NCBI GenBank assembly: GCA_013239625.1
Contig: MU055600.1
Span: 14,249,644 to 14,313,643 of the forward strand
Direction of reading: 5' to 3'
Source of the DNA: Lama guanicoe
Taxonomy: Eukaryota
Length of the DNA: 64,000 bases
Shown here: in pieces, positions 48,601 through 57,300 of the stretch
Numbering within the stretch: position 1 is the stretch's first letter
How the letters are laid out: every line of letters starts with the position of its first letter
Notes under the pieces: model-generated
What the model was told of the DNA's origin: nothing
Databases searched by the model: none
What the model saw: the letters and a program-made list of their open reading frames with translations, nothing else
Program-made: the position numbers and the translations under genes

Positions 48601-51600
48601 CTGTTTCACTCACTGCTGTGCTCCCAGCACCCTGAGTGGCATCTGGCTAGGACACACCCTCAGCAAATGCAGACTGAATGACTGTGTTTACATGAAGGCA
48701 AACCTTACCGGTCAGAATGGATGACTGTCCCTGATTTGGGGTCGATGACATGAACAATGACTCCACGGTGACCCCAGCTCCTTTCAAAAAAATAGCCTCC
48801 CTCCTCCATGCCACCCGGGTGAAGAGTCTTGTTCAGAAATGTCCAAGAGAGCTTCTTCTGTCCATGCAACTCCAGGGTACCTCCTCTGTCGACGCCAATG
48901 TACTTGAGGCCAAAGTAAGGGTCCGGCTGAACACCTTCGTCGGCCCTACAAGAGAAAACAGCTCTCCACAGTCGGTCGACACCTCTCTCTGTCGGATGCT
49001 GAACCCAGAGGGGGCTGCACTGCTCCCTGACTCCCATGTGGTCCCCGTGGAGCCAGGCACACTTGGTGACTGTGCAAGGTCGGTAGAAATAGCACAAGCA
49101 ACCAAGATCTTCCCAAGCCAGAGCAAAACGAGCCCAACAGGCCAAGCAGAAATCCTATCAATAGTTAACATGTTGGCTTCAGTTCTTCAGTTCTTTGCAG
49201 TTCTAAGTATGTTATGTTTCGGTCCGTATCAGATGTGGAATCACCTGGGCATGCACTGCATACCCTGTGTGTTCCTGGCTGCCACCTGGAATTCTCAGTT
49301 GCTTGAAGAGCGAGCACAGCCAGAGGCAAATGCTGCCTGGAATTTTTCTTTATCTTGTCCATCATAACCTATTAATAAACACTCAGAGAGACTCCCTGAG
49401 CCATGAGTAGACTGGAAGGCAGCTGAAAGGCTGGCAGGGATTTCTGTAACTTAAGTCCGGACCCGGGCCACAATAAATAAAATGCCTCATGTATTTCTCC
49501 AGCTCGCCCAGCTCACCAGTGTCTGTCTTGTTCGTGATTACGATCTGGCAGTACATAATGAGGATGCCTGCCTTGCACTAAAGCCTTGTGGTCTTACCTC
49601 CCTCTCTTCTATGGAAATCCTCCTTCCCGTCAGATCCAAGAGGAGCGTTTGACCCATGGAAGCTCTCTACCCACCTTCCATACAAAACGATGCTGAAGTT
49701 GCCCTGGAAAGGGCAGAGGGCACTCCCAGCATGCAGTTCTCCTCCACTGTCAATCAGGATGTGCCGTGTGCGTAGAACAATTGTCTCACCTTGGTCTTTA
49801 ATGACTAGCTTTCCTGAAGAGGGAGGGATGGAGGGAGGTTTAGGAACACACGCTAATGATGAAGTTACAGCAGAGCCGAGGGCAGACCCCCTAAGCGCCC
49901 CATCTCACCCAAGCAGGCAAGAAGATACGTCTTTCAAATATCTCTGTGCTTGTTGTGCTTACAAGCAGTTACTTTTCTCTCCGCCTTGCGATGTGTAAAT
50001 AGTGCCTGCTTGGCTTACTGCCATGGCTGCATGCACTGCATTCAGTGAGCAGGCATCTGAAGGTAAGATAGGCAGGAATGCTCGGAGACCAATCAGGGTT
50101 TTCCTCTATAAATGCTTCTTTCACTAAGACTGGACCTCTGGCAAGCCATTCCTAAGAGCTCAGAGCTGACGGCTATCTCAAACTACCAGATGCTCTGATA
50201 TGAACCCAAAGCACGTGACATTTGTTCTGTCCATCTAAAGTTATGGCACCCTGCTAGGCTCTGAACGTGGAGATCGGGGGTGGGGTTGGGGAATGCTGGC
50301 TTACCTCCCTCTGAGATGCGGATGGAGTGGATGGTGGCAGAAGAGGTGAGCAGCAGTGCTCTGCCCTGGCCAATGTACACATAGTGGTCCGGGTCATGTC
50401 CAGGGCTCCAGGGCTGCAGCTCAGGCCACTGATCAGGGCACTCAGGGGCCACTGCCAAGGACAGAGAGATGTCACTGCTACCATCCACTGACCTCACCAA
50501 GCAAGGACTGCCACAGACCACAAGGTGGGGGCGAGGAGGGAGTTTGTCAATTTTCCTGGCCCCTGCCTCCTCCCTCCTAGAGCTAAAAGCAGGGCCTTGG
50601 AGAGCAAAGAGAATCCCTGACATAAGAGCCCTGGGATTTAGTCCCATGTCTTTTATTAGTTCGTCATGTATCTGTGAACAAGTCGCCTCCCTTTTCAAGG
50701 CTCAGTTTTTCCCTTTAGAAAATGCAGGGTAGACCAGATGACTCCCTCAAGATACTCCGCAATCTAAGGTTAGTCAATGACTTATCCAGATTGCTTGTGT
50801 TCCGAGGCATCCTTTCCCCTGGAAAGCAACATTTGAAAAGTTGACAAAGCCTTTTCCCCTTCTGCATGAGAATTTGACTTTTAGTTAATTTTCTCACTCT
50901 GTTTCCCTGGAAACCTGAGAAAGATAGTGTTATATAAACCATGTTACCAAGCAACATAGTTTGTAACAAACGTGACCCCGGATTAGTAAATGGCATCTAA
51001 ACTGGGAAGAACCATACATAATTTATATTTATTCCTGGTGGAGATGTCATGCAGTGCGCTTCTCTGAGTGCCGGGACTCCCGTGACTGGGCATGTCCCAT
51101 GCAGCAACTCTGAAAGTTGGAGTTGCTGGAAGAGATCCTGGTTCTGATGGGGCTGTTTCCATACCTGTCCAATGACAGTCTTGCTTCCTCTCACCTAAGG
51201 AGCAGTCACCTGGGGAACCAGAGAGGATAGCTTCTGGAAGGCTATCTGGAATGCTGCCAGGACCACTCCCACGGAAGAGAAATGCCTGATGCTGCTCTGA
51301 TGGCAGGTGGTGTTTCTGTCCTAGATTCATGGACCTGGAGTCCCTCCCAAGGTGGTGTCTCCTCAGCCGTGTGGGGAAAACATGTGGCTGACTGGAGAGC
51401 CCAGTGGTCCGGGCCTGGAGCCATGAGTGTGCTGAGAAGGAATCATTCCAACTCAAAGGGACAAAGCCTGAGAGGGTCTCACGGCCCGCATCCCGCAGGA
51501 GAATCCTGACTGTCCTACTCTCCAGCTGCATGGGTTTGCATCAGTCTTTGCATATGGATTTGGAGGTGGTCAGCTTGATCCTTGCAGGCTCTCCTGTCAT

Positions 51601-53302
51601 TGGGAGCACAATTCCCAGAGCTCTGGCAGCTATGACCCCGCAGCAAAAGCACAACAGTCACAAGATTGCCCGTGGATGGCTGCTTCTTCGCTGGGGCTGG
51701 ATATTTTGCGCTCAGTAAAGGTCAGTTTCAGTGGGTTTTCATTTGTAGGAACCAGTGAGTAGCTGGAAAAAGTCAATGTCTTTGGTGAACTATCACCACG
51801 GCAACCACCCTTCCCAGGAGGGGCTCCAGGAAGTGCGATTCAGAGTGAGCGCAAGCCCGACCTACTTGGAGCATGAATGGCCGGGGTTGGCTTCCGCATC
51901 CCTCTGACGTCAGAACAAAGCACAGACCAGAGGCACAGCCTCTTTTCCAAATGCTTTATACTCAAACAGAAGAGAGAGACCCAGGATGTGAGAGGAGATA
52001 CCCGGGGAAGCATCTCCCCAAGGCCCTGAGGTGAACCACCTTAAAAGAGAACCCCAAACCCAGTTCCTGGCACAAGAGTCAGTGCCCCCTTGGTGTTTAT
52101 TAACTGAATACATGATGGGAGGATTAAATGAATGAATTCAGGCCATATTGTTAATTGTTGCATTGAGAGTTAAAATACCGATTCTTTGCTATGTCCCGTA
52201 AGGACCAAAAAGATTCTACAAGGAATCACGTTGAAGGAATTTCACTAGTGATTAGAGATTACCTCCATCCATCAGTAGATTGAGAAAAACAAGATATAAT
52301 ACAATGCAAGGTCATTTATTCTCAGTATAGAAAAGTGTTCATTTCAAGTAATAATAATAGCATTTTTGAGGGGGAAGAAAAGCAATCTATGGTGATGGTA
52401 TTATTACTAAAAACCTCTATTCAAAAAATTTAAATTGTCCCCATCTTTCACCTCCTACCCCAAGCTTGGTTATTTGATTAGCTTTTTTATAGCCCACACA
52501 AGTTTGCCTTGTGTCTCTGGATGTTAATGCAGAATCACTCAAAGAAAAAGCTGACAATATTGAAATCAGAAAAACAGGTTTAAACCTCGCCTAGAGCTTA
52601 ACAAGGTGCTTTAATGCACCCGGATCTCACGATGGCAAAGAGGGAACGGTACATTGAAACCAGATGGCCCAGAGGCAGCGAGCTGGCTGGCAGATAGGGG
52701 TTCTTTTCTGCCCCACTCCCACCCTGAGTGGTTGGGAAAATTTCAGTTGGTCGTCTTCCTTTAACAAGAAGAGAGCTTTCACATAAAAGCCTAGATTTCT
52801 GGCTTCTCTTCAAAATTCAGCAGCTCCTGTAAAAAGGATCCCATCTTCCCACGTGGCAGCAATTGGCCAGAACTGAGAAGCGGGTGTCCCTTAAGTAGGG
52901 TCTGAACTCCCCAGGCGACCATGTCTCTGCCTGGCCACCTTCAGCTGGTTTTATGTCCCGTGCCAGGCTCCTGTAGACACTGAGTTTGTAACCCCGGAGT
53001 CTAGTCCAACACTTCATTTTGTGGATGACGAAACTGAAGCCCAGAGTGAGACTTGCCCAGGATCAACAAGTTAGCGGGGCAGGCCAGAGCCCAGACACCC
53101 CAGCCCCGCCCAGCGGCTCCTTCTCCTGGCCCCCGGCAGCCTTGCTTCAACAAGGGGCTGCACCTTCCTCACTGAGACGCAGAGTCCAACTGCTTTGCGG
53201 TGGCTTACCTGTGGATATAGCACCAGGGAAGTGGGCCAGGATGAACCAGCCGACTGTCAGCATCGCCTTGAAAGAGACATTCGGCCTGTGAGCCGCTCCC
53301 AT
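1386..53302 (-). CDS. CEMIP: CEMIP (cell migration-inducing hyaluronan-binding protein, KIAA1199/HYBID); spliced CDS of 23 coding exons, 3'-partial
   Basis: join(complement) 53209-53302,50305-50451,49675-49813,48709-48945,47183-47362,45160-45230,44486-44581,43758-43879,38775-38907,37790-37981,29586-29761,27442-27651,18370-18575,17557-17626,16607-16735,14236-14321,13014-13145,9988-10023,9751-9906,7129-7309,5712-5927,2523-2734,1386-1571 = 3407 nt, stop-free, all GT-AG. The translation is colinear with human CEMIP residues 1-1135 as I recall them (signal peptide, G8, GG, PbH1 repeats). Confidence 0.98.
2523..2734 (-). CDS. CEMIP: CEMIP coding exon 22
   Basis: MYIQAYKTSNLRMKIIKNDFPSHPLYLEGALARSTHYQQYQPVITLQKGYTIHWDQTAPAELIIWLINFNK; ttttaaaag| ... 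CAA|GTGAGT; 212 nt. Confidence 0.98.
5066..5217 (-). mobile_element. tRNA-derived camelid SINE (Vic-1-like)
   Basis: Reverse complement GGGGAGGGCGCAGCTCAGTGGGAGAG...GGTTCAAGCCCCAG with A/B boxes, then tail aataaataaacctaattac and an A-rich end. Confidence 0.9.
5268..5359 (+). mobile_element. tRNA-derived camelid SINE (Vic-1-like, short tail)
   Basis: GGGGAGGGTATAGCCCAGTGGGAGAG...GGTTCAAGCCCCAG followed by an A-rich tail. Confidence 0.9.
5712..5927 (-). CDS. CEMIP: CEMIP coding exon 21
   Basis: ITSRVFFGEPGPWFNQLDMDGDKTSVFHDVDGSVSEYPGSYLTKDDNWLVRHPDCIDVPDWRGAICSGRYAQ; ctgtttag| ... CAG|GTGAGG; 216 nt. Confidence 0.98.
6244..6294. repeat. Compound (TG)n(AG)n microsatellite
   Basis: Read directly; a further (CA)n lies at about 6345-6360. 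Confidence 0.9.
7129..7309 (-). CDS. CEMIP: CEMIP coding exon 20
   Basis: NFPIRGIQFYDGPINIQNCTFRKFAALEGRHTSALAFRLNNAWQSCPHNNVTNIAFEDVP; acgccatag| ... CCG|GTGAGT; 181 nt. Confidence 0.97.
9751..9906 (-). CDS. CEMIP: CEMIP coding exon 19
   Basis: GGTFPYDDGSKQEIKNSLFVGESGNVGTEMMDNRIWGPGGLDHSGRTLPIGQ; ctctacag| ... CCA|GTAGGT; 156 nt. Confidence 0.97.
9988..10023 (-). CDS. CEMIP: CEMIP coding exon 18 (36-nt exon)
   Basis: FADNGIGLTLAS; tgtccccag| ... CAG|GTAAGA; required to bridge exons 17 and 19 in frame. Confidence 0.95.
10880..11600 (-). mobile_element. L2 LINE relic
   Basis: catctcaaattcaacacacatgaatcagaagtcatcttcc; gcatgatccttctaagaaatggaca. Confidence 0.6.
13014..13145 (-). CDS. CEMIP: CEMIP coding exon 17
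   Basis: YSPHQDADPLKPREPAIIKHFTAYKNQDHGAWLRGGDVWLDSCR; tgttccag| ... CAG|GTGAGC; 132 nt. Confidence 0.98.
13521..13664 (-). mobile_element. L1 3'-end fragment (camelid/artiodactyl type)
   Basis: tttttaattgaagtacagtcag...gtacagcacaatg...gaatatagttccctgtg is the antisense 3' terminus typical of cetartiodactyl L1. Confidence 0.8.
14008..14159 (+). mobile_element. tRNA-derived camelid SINE with 15-bp target-site duplication
   Basis: A box TAGCTCAGTGG, B box GGTTCAAGCC, A-rich tail; perfect TSD aaagtgcccaacaga at 13993-14007 and 14160-14174; inserted into an L2 3' end (gaatgaatgaatgagtgaatga follows). Confidence 0.93.
14236..14321 (-). CDS. CEMIP: CEMIP coding exon 16
   Basis: AGMIIDNGVKTTEASAKDKRPFLSIISAR; tctccccag| ... 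CAG|GTAATC; 86 nt. Confidence 0.97.
14405..14505 (+). mobile_element. L3/CR1 fragment
   Basis: tgcattaatagaagt...caagggaggtga...tcagatctggag resembles the L3 ORF2 core as recalled. Confidence 0.55.
16607..16735 (-). CDS. CEMIP: CEMIP coding exon 15
   Basis: ETGFWFIFHHVPTGPSAGMYSPGYSEHIPLGKFHNNRAHSNYR; ctccaccag| ... CGG|GTAAGT; 129 nt. Confidence 0.98.
17557..17626 (-). CDS. CEMIP: CEMIP coding exon 14
   Basis: AVSTFWMANPNNNLVNCAAAGSE; gcctgcag| ... GAG|GTGAGC; 70 nt. Confidence 0.97.
18370..18575 (-). CDS. CEMIP: CEMIP coding exon 13
   Basis: VKDVVGYNSLGHCFFTEDGPEERNTFDHCLGLLVKSGTLLPSDRDSKMCKMITEDSYPGYIPKPRQDC; cccctgcag| ... CAA|GTAAGC; 206 nt. Confidence 0.98.
19725..19900. mobile_element. 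MER20 DNA transposon relic
   Basis: gcaggatgtttagcagca...ggcctcgacccactggatgccagcag...cagttgtgacaacccaaaatgcctccagacatt. Confidence 0.8.
21536..21668. mobile_element. MER94-like hAT-Blackjack MITE
   Basis: Terminal inverted repeats tagggtgacc / ggtcacccc, 133 bp long, internal tttatcgtctaaaccaggaca..gagagtgaaagggg. Confidence 0.75.
26266..26627. mobile_element. MER102-like hAT-Charlie relic
   Basis: cagggctcacaaacccaaatgccc...aagaagccaagaatccagatttttatgtgaaatctc...gccaaacaaaacacatctg. Confidence 0.75.
26542..26864. repeat. Diverged ~170-bp tandem duplication
   Basis: 26542-26693 and 26712-26864 share aagccaaacaaaacaca, gggtgccattttgt.acatcc, aaaagttcatagaggatat, catttaaagaa and gtaaaa(a)ttatc in the same order. 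Confidence 0.9.
26889..26926. repeat. Interrupted (CA)n microsatellite
   Basis: Read directly. Confidence 0.9.
27442..27651 (-). CDS. CEMIP: CEMIP coding exon 12 (PbH1 region)
   Basis: FALGFKAAHLEGVELKHMGQQLVGQYPIHFHLAGDVDEKGGYNPPTYVRDLSIHHTFSRCVTVHGSNGLL; ctctcgcag| ... TTG|GTAAGC; 210 nt. Confidence 0.98.
29586..29761 (-). CDS. CEMIP: CEMIP coding exon 11
   Basis: GKPMYLHIGEEIDGVDMRAEVGLLSRNIVVMGEMEDECYPYSTHICSFFDFDTFGGHIK; tgccctag| ... AAG|GTATGA; 176 nt. Confidence 0.98.
29997..30390. mobile_element. MaLR LTR relic (MLT1J-like)
   Basis: Degenerate MLT1J-type segments (gctatttgtccctcagtatctgtcccctcttc; gagatggcaagagagcaacaagagagaagaaacc). Confidence 0.55.
31599..32087 (-). mobile_element. 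MaLR solo LTR (MLT1B/C-like)
   Basis: caccacaaactt..ggcttaaaacaacag, cagaagtccgaa, cttggctggtggccccttcctccatctt, ctcttataaggaccc, cctgcaaagtccctt; ends cagtctgccaca. Confidence 0.85.
32831..33284 (+). mobile_element. ERV1-class solo LTR
   Basis: TG...CA ends; internal CCAAT (aaccaatgagagaattgtgcacagctgac), ggcctttaaa TATA-like box, and AATAAA at 33202-33207 followed by cctttctctgctccaaactc; no clear TSD. Confidence 0.7.
34690..34922. mobile_element. MIR SINE (representative; many more MIR fragments occur through the introns)
   Basis: ggctctggagtccagctgtctgggtcggatccc...ctgaacctcaggtctttcatctataaagtggagataaaaatag. Confidence 0.8.
35730..35932. mobile_element. MER3 DNA transposon nested in a MIR
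   Basis: gatggtggaaatgctctg...caatatggtagctattagtcacatg...ttaattttaattaaatttaaatagccacacgtggct; MIR halves lie on both sides (about 35655-35725 and 35935-36070). Confidence 0.8.
36325..36344. repeat. A20 homopolymer
   Basis: Read directly. Confidence 0.9.
36585..36618. repeat. (CA)17 microsatellite
   Basis: Read directly, perfect run. Confidence 0.95.
36915..37707. mobile_element. Two adjacent MaLR LTR relics (MLT1-type)
   Basis: Two MLT1 3' ends: tttttgcttaag...ttctgttgcttacaaccaagaacactaattgataca (about 37352) and gttatgcagcattattatggcaatagctgactgacaca (37707). Confidence 0.7.
37790..37981 (-). CDS. CEMIP: CEMIP coding exon 10
   Basis: VRPKLTVTIDTNVNSTILNLEDNVQSWKPGDTLVIASTDYSMYQAEEFQVLPCKACASNQVKVA; gggttacag| ... 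CAG|GTAGGA; 192 nt. Confidence 0.98.
38775..38907 (-). CDS. CEMIP: CEMIP coding exon 9
   Basis: ATTADGVNLTTEAVYKKGQDYRFVCYDQGRACQSYRVRFLCGKP; ttccccag| ... CTG|GTAAGC; 133 nt. Confidence 0.96.
39303..39478. mobile_element. MER5-type DNA transposon relic
   Basis: atgcccaggccacatcc...tctggggtgcagcctgggcatc...cccaggtgactc...aagtttgagaaccc. Confidence 0.75.
39530..39575. repeat. Perfect 9-bp tandem repeat (GGCTGTGAG)5
   Basis: Five exact copies read directly from the sequence. Confidence 0.95.
40792..40940. mobile_element. Palindromic MER96-like hAT MITE nested in a MIR
   Basis: Arms gtgaggcaccgcggtgcaaaatttaaggtggcactcactct (40805-40845) and agagggagcgccaccttaaatcttgtgccgttggcacctcac (40877-40918). 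Confidence 0.8.
42228..42250. repeat. (TG)11 microsatellite
   Basis: Read directly. Confidence 0.9.
43758..43879 (-). CDS. CEMIP: CEMIP coding exon 8
   Basis: DVEWTEWFEHDKVSYTKGGEKISDLRAAYPGKICNRPIDIQ; ccgcccag| ... CAG|GTAACC; 122 nt. Confidence 0.96.
44486..44581 (-). CDS. CEMIP: CEMIP coding exon 7
   Basis: GHRGSAAARVFKLFQTEHGEHFNVSSSSEWVQ; tttgacag| ... AAG|GTGAGG; 96 nt. Confidence 0.96.
45160..45230 (-). CDS. CEMIP: CEMIP coding exon 6
   Basis: HPWSFITVKGNPSSSVEDHIEYH; ttttttcag| ... ACG|GTAATA; 71 nt. Confidence 0.96.
47183..47362 (-). CDS. CEMIP: CEMIP coding exon 5 (GG domain)
   Basis: FDTYRSKKESERLVQYLNAVPEGRILSVAVNDEGSRNLDDMARKAMTKLGSKHFLHLGFR; ctttttag| ... TAG|GTACCA; 180 nt. 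Confidence 0.97.
47985..48690 (-). mobile_element. L2 LINE relic
   Basis: agcctcctgacc, ctctgtacacagcagcgagaatattcttttaaa, ggccttctctgatcacc, ttcactcactgctgtgctcccagcac...gaatgactg. Confidence 0.7.
48709..48945 (-). CDS. CEMIP: CEMIP coding exon 4
   Basis: ADEGVQPDPYFGLKYIGVDRGGTLELHGQKKLSWTFLNKTLHPGGMEEGGYFFERSWGHRGVIVHVIDPKSGTVIHSDR; tcttgtag| ... CCG|GTAAGG; 237 nt. Confidence 0.98.
49675..49813 (-). CDS. CEMIP: CEMIP coding exon 3 (G8 domain)
   Basis: KLVIKDQGETIVLRTRHILIDSGGELHAGSALCPFQGNFSIVLYGR; ctcttcag| ... AAG|GTGGGT; 139 nt. Confidence 0.97.
50305..50451 (-). CDS. CEMIP: CEMIP coding exon 2 (start of G8 domain)
   Basis: VAPECPDQWPELQPWSPGHDPDHYVYIGQGRALLLTSSATIHSIRISEG; ccttggcag| ... 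GAG|GTAAGC; 147 nt. Confidence 0.97.
53209..53302 (-). CDS. CEMIP: CEMIP coding exon 1 (start codon, signal peptide)
   Basis: MGAAHRPNVSFKAMLTVGWFILAHFPGAIST; good Kozak context AGGATGG; donor CAG|GTAAGC; 94 nt coding. The exon starts at 53318 after acceptor ttctgtttcag (16 nt of 5'UTR). Confidence 0.95.
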
Positions 53303-53895
53303 CCTGGCAGAATACTCCCTGAAACAGAAGCACCCCGAGTCAGACCTGCAGCTTCCCCGAGCTGGAGTCAGTGTGTGTGGGCAGACACACACAGAGACAG
53401 GGCCACATGCACACACGGAGGCAGGGCCAGCGTGGGCATACTCCAGCCGGCCAGTGCAAAGTCCTCAGCTGCCATGACTCAGGACTGGGCAGATCAGGGC
53501 ATGCAAGCCCTGCCATCGTCCCACCTGTGTCCTGCAGCTCAGAGACCCAGTGAAGGATGGAATTTCATCCTTGGCACAGGAGCTTGCTACCCTCCAGGAT
53601 GAAGTTTTTTTCTTAAGTTAAAAAACAGAGAGAGACACAAAAATCACTCCCACAGAACATGAGCTGGAAAATAGATGCCACCAACTTGTTGTGTGATCTC
53701 AGATGATTTGATTAATTTCTCTGGGCCTCAATTTCCTAATCTGAAAAATGGGGATACGGACTGGCTAATTTGTAACCTTTACTCCACCTTTACCCATCTG
53801 TGCTTCTAAAACAAGTCTCGATACTAATGTTGAAATCCTAAATACAATGCTTATGTGTTATAAACCCTTTTAATATTACCTATCCAAGAGGAAGG

Positions 53896-54350
53896 TGGGG
53901 CAGAGACAGCTGATTATCCCCAATAACAATTTTTTTCCCTCCTTAGTAAAAGAACCCGATTTTTATCTGGGTATATGGCCACCTAGGATAAAGGCTACCT
54001 TCTCCAGTCTCTACATTAGCTATGGCCTTGAAATTAAGTTCTGGCCAGTAAAATGAAAGTACAGTATGTGAATCCCAGGAAATGTCCTTAGGGAAGGCAG
54101 GAAGTCTTTCTTCCCTCCTTCCTCCTTCCCGCTGGCTGGAATATGGAAAAGATGGCTGGATCTTCAGCAGCTATCTTTGTCCATGTCTTGGGAGCCATGC
54201 ACTGAAGATGGCAAAGCAAGCAGAGAGAAGGAACCTAGGCCCTGACCCTGTGGAGCACCGAAACAGCCTGAGACTGTGGATTTATTTTTATGGGTGACAG
54301 AATTAAATTTGCATTTTATTAAACTTCTGTTTCATTAAAGCCACTTATAT
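53896..54350. mobile_element. MaLR LTR relic (MLT1J-like)
   Basis: ttccctccttagtaaaagaacccgattttt, ttaagttctggccagtaaaatg, gatggctggatcttcagcagctatcttt, gaagatggcaaagcaag. Confidence 0.7.
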
Positions 54351-57300
54351 TTTCCCCTTTTACTCAGACAGAAGGTGAATATGGGAATCTGTCTAGGTAA
54401 ACCTCAAGGCAGAAACTCAAAAAAGATGCCAGATTCCCCTTTCAGAATATAACGCCACTCGGAAAAGTCTCTGTGTCAAGTCCTCTGCACCACACAAGAT
54501 TGCTTAAACGGGGCTTGGGGAGTGGCCGGCTCTGGCTTCCATGCCCATGTCTCCAGCTCCTCCCCGGAGCATGAAACAAGCAGACATTCTCCCACACTGA
54601 GAAAGGGGCCAAATCTATCTCACCCCATACAGGCTCCTCCCTTTGAGTGAGCTCGGGCACAAATCTGATCATCCCTGACCTTTCAGCTCCAGGTGAAGTG
54701 CTTTGTGTGAGCTCAGTGAGTGGGGGCAGGCAAGAGGGTCCGAAACAGAGCACACTGGCCCTGAGCCTGGGCCCTCCCGCACAGGTGCGCCGGGGAGGCG
54801 GGGGCGGGGGCGGAGACGGTCCTCTCAGCATCAATGTCTGCGGTGTCCTCTTGGCGGGCACCCTGCCTGGCCCAGGCCTGATTGGCAGAGAACAACGGGA
54901 CCCATTCTAGTCGCCTCTGCAGGGTCACCGAAGTCACGCGTCACAGCATCTGGGAATGGTGCCTTTCCCAGGGCCCCCAGAAGAGGAATGTCTGCTCTCA
55001 TGCTCTTTGCAATAGAAAGGAGGGGACGCCGGAGACAGGAGAGTTCTGTGGTCCTTAGGGAAAGCCAGAGCCCAGCTCTCAAGTCTCCATCTGTTTAGAA
55101 AAGCCAAAGGTAGTTTGCTTTTTGCTACTCAGAAGCCCCAAATCATCCTGGGGCTCCTCTGGAGGGAACCTGGACTTTGGGCTGTGAGCTGGCAAAGGAA
55201 GGTGGCAGGCACCAGGCTTGGAGGGGCCAGGGGATGGGAGGTGATCTGGGTGCGGGCACCCCTCCCGCCCTAACTACCGGGTGACCCTCATCCGGCATTT
55301 CCTTCTTTGGGCCTCAGACTTCCCTTGTGCACGGTAGGAGGCTGGGGTACAGGGACTTCGTGGCTCTGACATCTCCTGATGATATCCTAGGTCATTTCAG
55401 AGACAGAAAAAAAAAGTCACTCTCTGGATGGATGTGAAAACAATTCCACGTGGAAGGATAATGCTCAAAACCTCTCTTCCCTGACATCACAGAGACCTCC
55501 TGCTGGGTCTCAGCGCTAGACACGTCTGAGCCACGCGAGGCAGAGAGCCCCCTGCCCACGAGGTGGCCCCACATGGCTGGGGGCGGTCCTCCGTGCTTTC
55601 CTGCCCATGAATGGCTTCCAGGGCCCGAGTACAGAAACCTCGAGAAACACTTTGTTGACGTGAATCCAAAAGGCTCTTAAATTTCACTTGGGAGTTCTTC
55701 ACCGAGGGAGGACAGCTTTCTCAGTTGGCCACTGAAAGCTCTCTGGCAATGGGAGTTGGGGTCCGGCTTCTCTAGCTGGCAAGACATGGTCTTGAAACGG
55801 TTCCCAGCTGTTGAAGGCCTGGGAAGAGAGCATGTTGGCTAACAATGCTAGAAGTTTCCACAGGAAGCTGTTGGCTGGAGGCTGGCTGGACACTGCCCTT
55901 GCTAGGTCCCGATGGTCCTGAGCTGCCCTCCTCCTTAAAGGATGCAATGGAAGGATTCGGCGGTGGAAGAATATGGACACGCTTTGGGGGAAGGCTGGCA
56001 CGCCGGGTGCTCCACAAGGCTTCACAGTAACAGGTTAAAGTTTTCCAGAAGCTCAGCATTCCCCGTCCAGCTGCGGCTCTGGGCTGTGTTTGCCAGGCCT
56101 CCCAGGAACTCGCGGAGGGAGGGGCAAAAGCAGGGACAAGAGGCGTTGCCTGCCACCGTCTGTCTCTGCCTCTCCTCGCTGCCATCCTGCACCCCGGTCC
56201 GGGGTCTTTGCTCTTCCTTCAGGTCGCCCCGGGGCTACAGCTGCCCTGGGGTCCAGGGTGTGTCACCTGCAGAGCAGAAGGAGCACAGGATTATGCGAGT
56301 GTCCAAAGAGGCCCCTGCGTCCTTGCCTGGACCTCCCCAGAACAGCAGCACTTCCAAGTACGGGCCCTGCGGCACCCCCTGCCCCAGGCGGATGCAAGCT
56401 CCTGCCGCCTGCTGAGCCTGCACAGCGAGCAGGTGGCAGAGTTCAAAGTCTGCTCTCTCCTCCAGAAATTATGCTCCTAATTCCTAAAGACTAAATGATT
56501 TGCAATATCATCTCAAATTAGGAGAAGGCAGGAGCTGCTGGGATAATGAGAGAGAACACAGCCAGCACTTCTCCAACTTGACTGCGCACAGACATTCCCC
56601 GGAGAGCGGGCTAAAACACAGACTCTGATTCGGTAGCTGTGGGGCGGGGCCCGAGGGTCACAGAGCTAGTAAGTGGCACGGTCAGGATCTTGAACCCAGG
56701 AGGTCCGGCCCCGGAGTCCATGCTCTGTGAAACAGGAACACCACCCCTACCCCCACCTACCTCCCAGCTGGGCACCCTGGAAGGAGGGAATGTTTGATTT
56801 GAGCCATTGTCGACAGATTAATGATCCTGAAAGCCAGCTGGGATGAAGTTGGGGGAAGGTGGCAAAAATCTCCCTCCAGCATCTCTTGCATCAGGAAAGC
56901 CTTGCTGTTCCCTCTCATCATACCTGGGTTTCTCGTTCACAAGCCCTCAGATCTGTGCCCTGGTTCCTGGTGGCCCCAACAGGGCTGTGCGGGCTGGGTC
57001 ACCTGCACAGGCTCAACTCAGATCCTTTGCTAGATAAGAAACCACAGGCCCATCTCATTGGCTACCAGAAACCACGGAAACAGGAAGGCCAAGCCCCAAG
57101 ATCTCATTCCCTCTGGACAGAAATCTCTGACGAATCTCAGAAAGCCCTTTATAACATTCCCTAACATTCTCCTGTATCAGGCAAGGGGCAGCCAACTCCC
57201 TGACCTGCCACTTACCCCAGCCCCGGCCCAGCTCCCCTGGCAGAGGGAGGCACCTCTTCTGGTCACCTGGTCCTGACACAGTATCCTCAGGGAGGAAAAG

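Noticed and set aside
48750-49367. 205-aa plus-strand ORF
   Set aside because: It is antisense to CEMIP exon 4 and runs into intron; no recognisable domain, consistent with a shadow ORF.
1386-53302. CEMIP2/TMEM2 or a pseudogene
   Set aside because: The N-terminus is a short signal peptide rather than a cytoplasmic tail plus transmembrane segment, the sequence follows CEMIP closely, and the frame and splice sites are intact.
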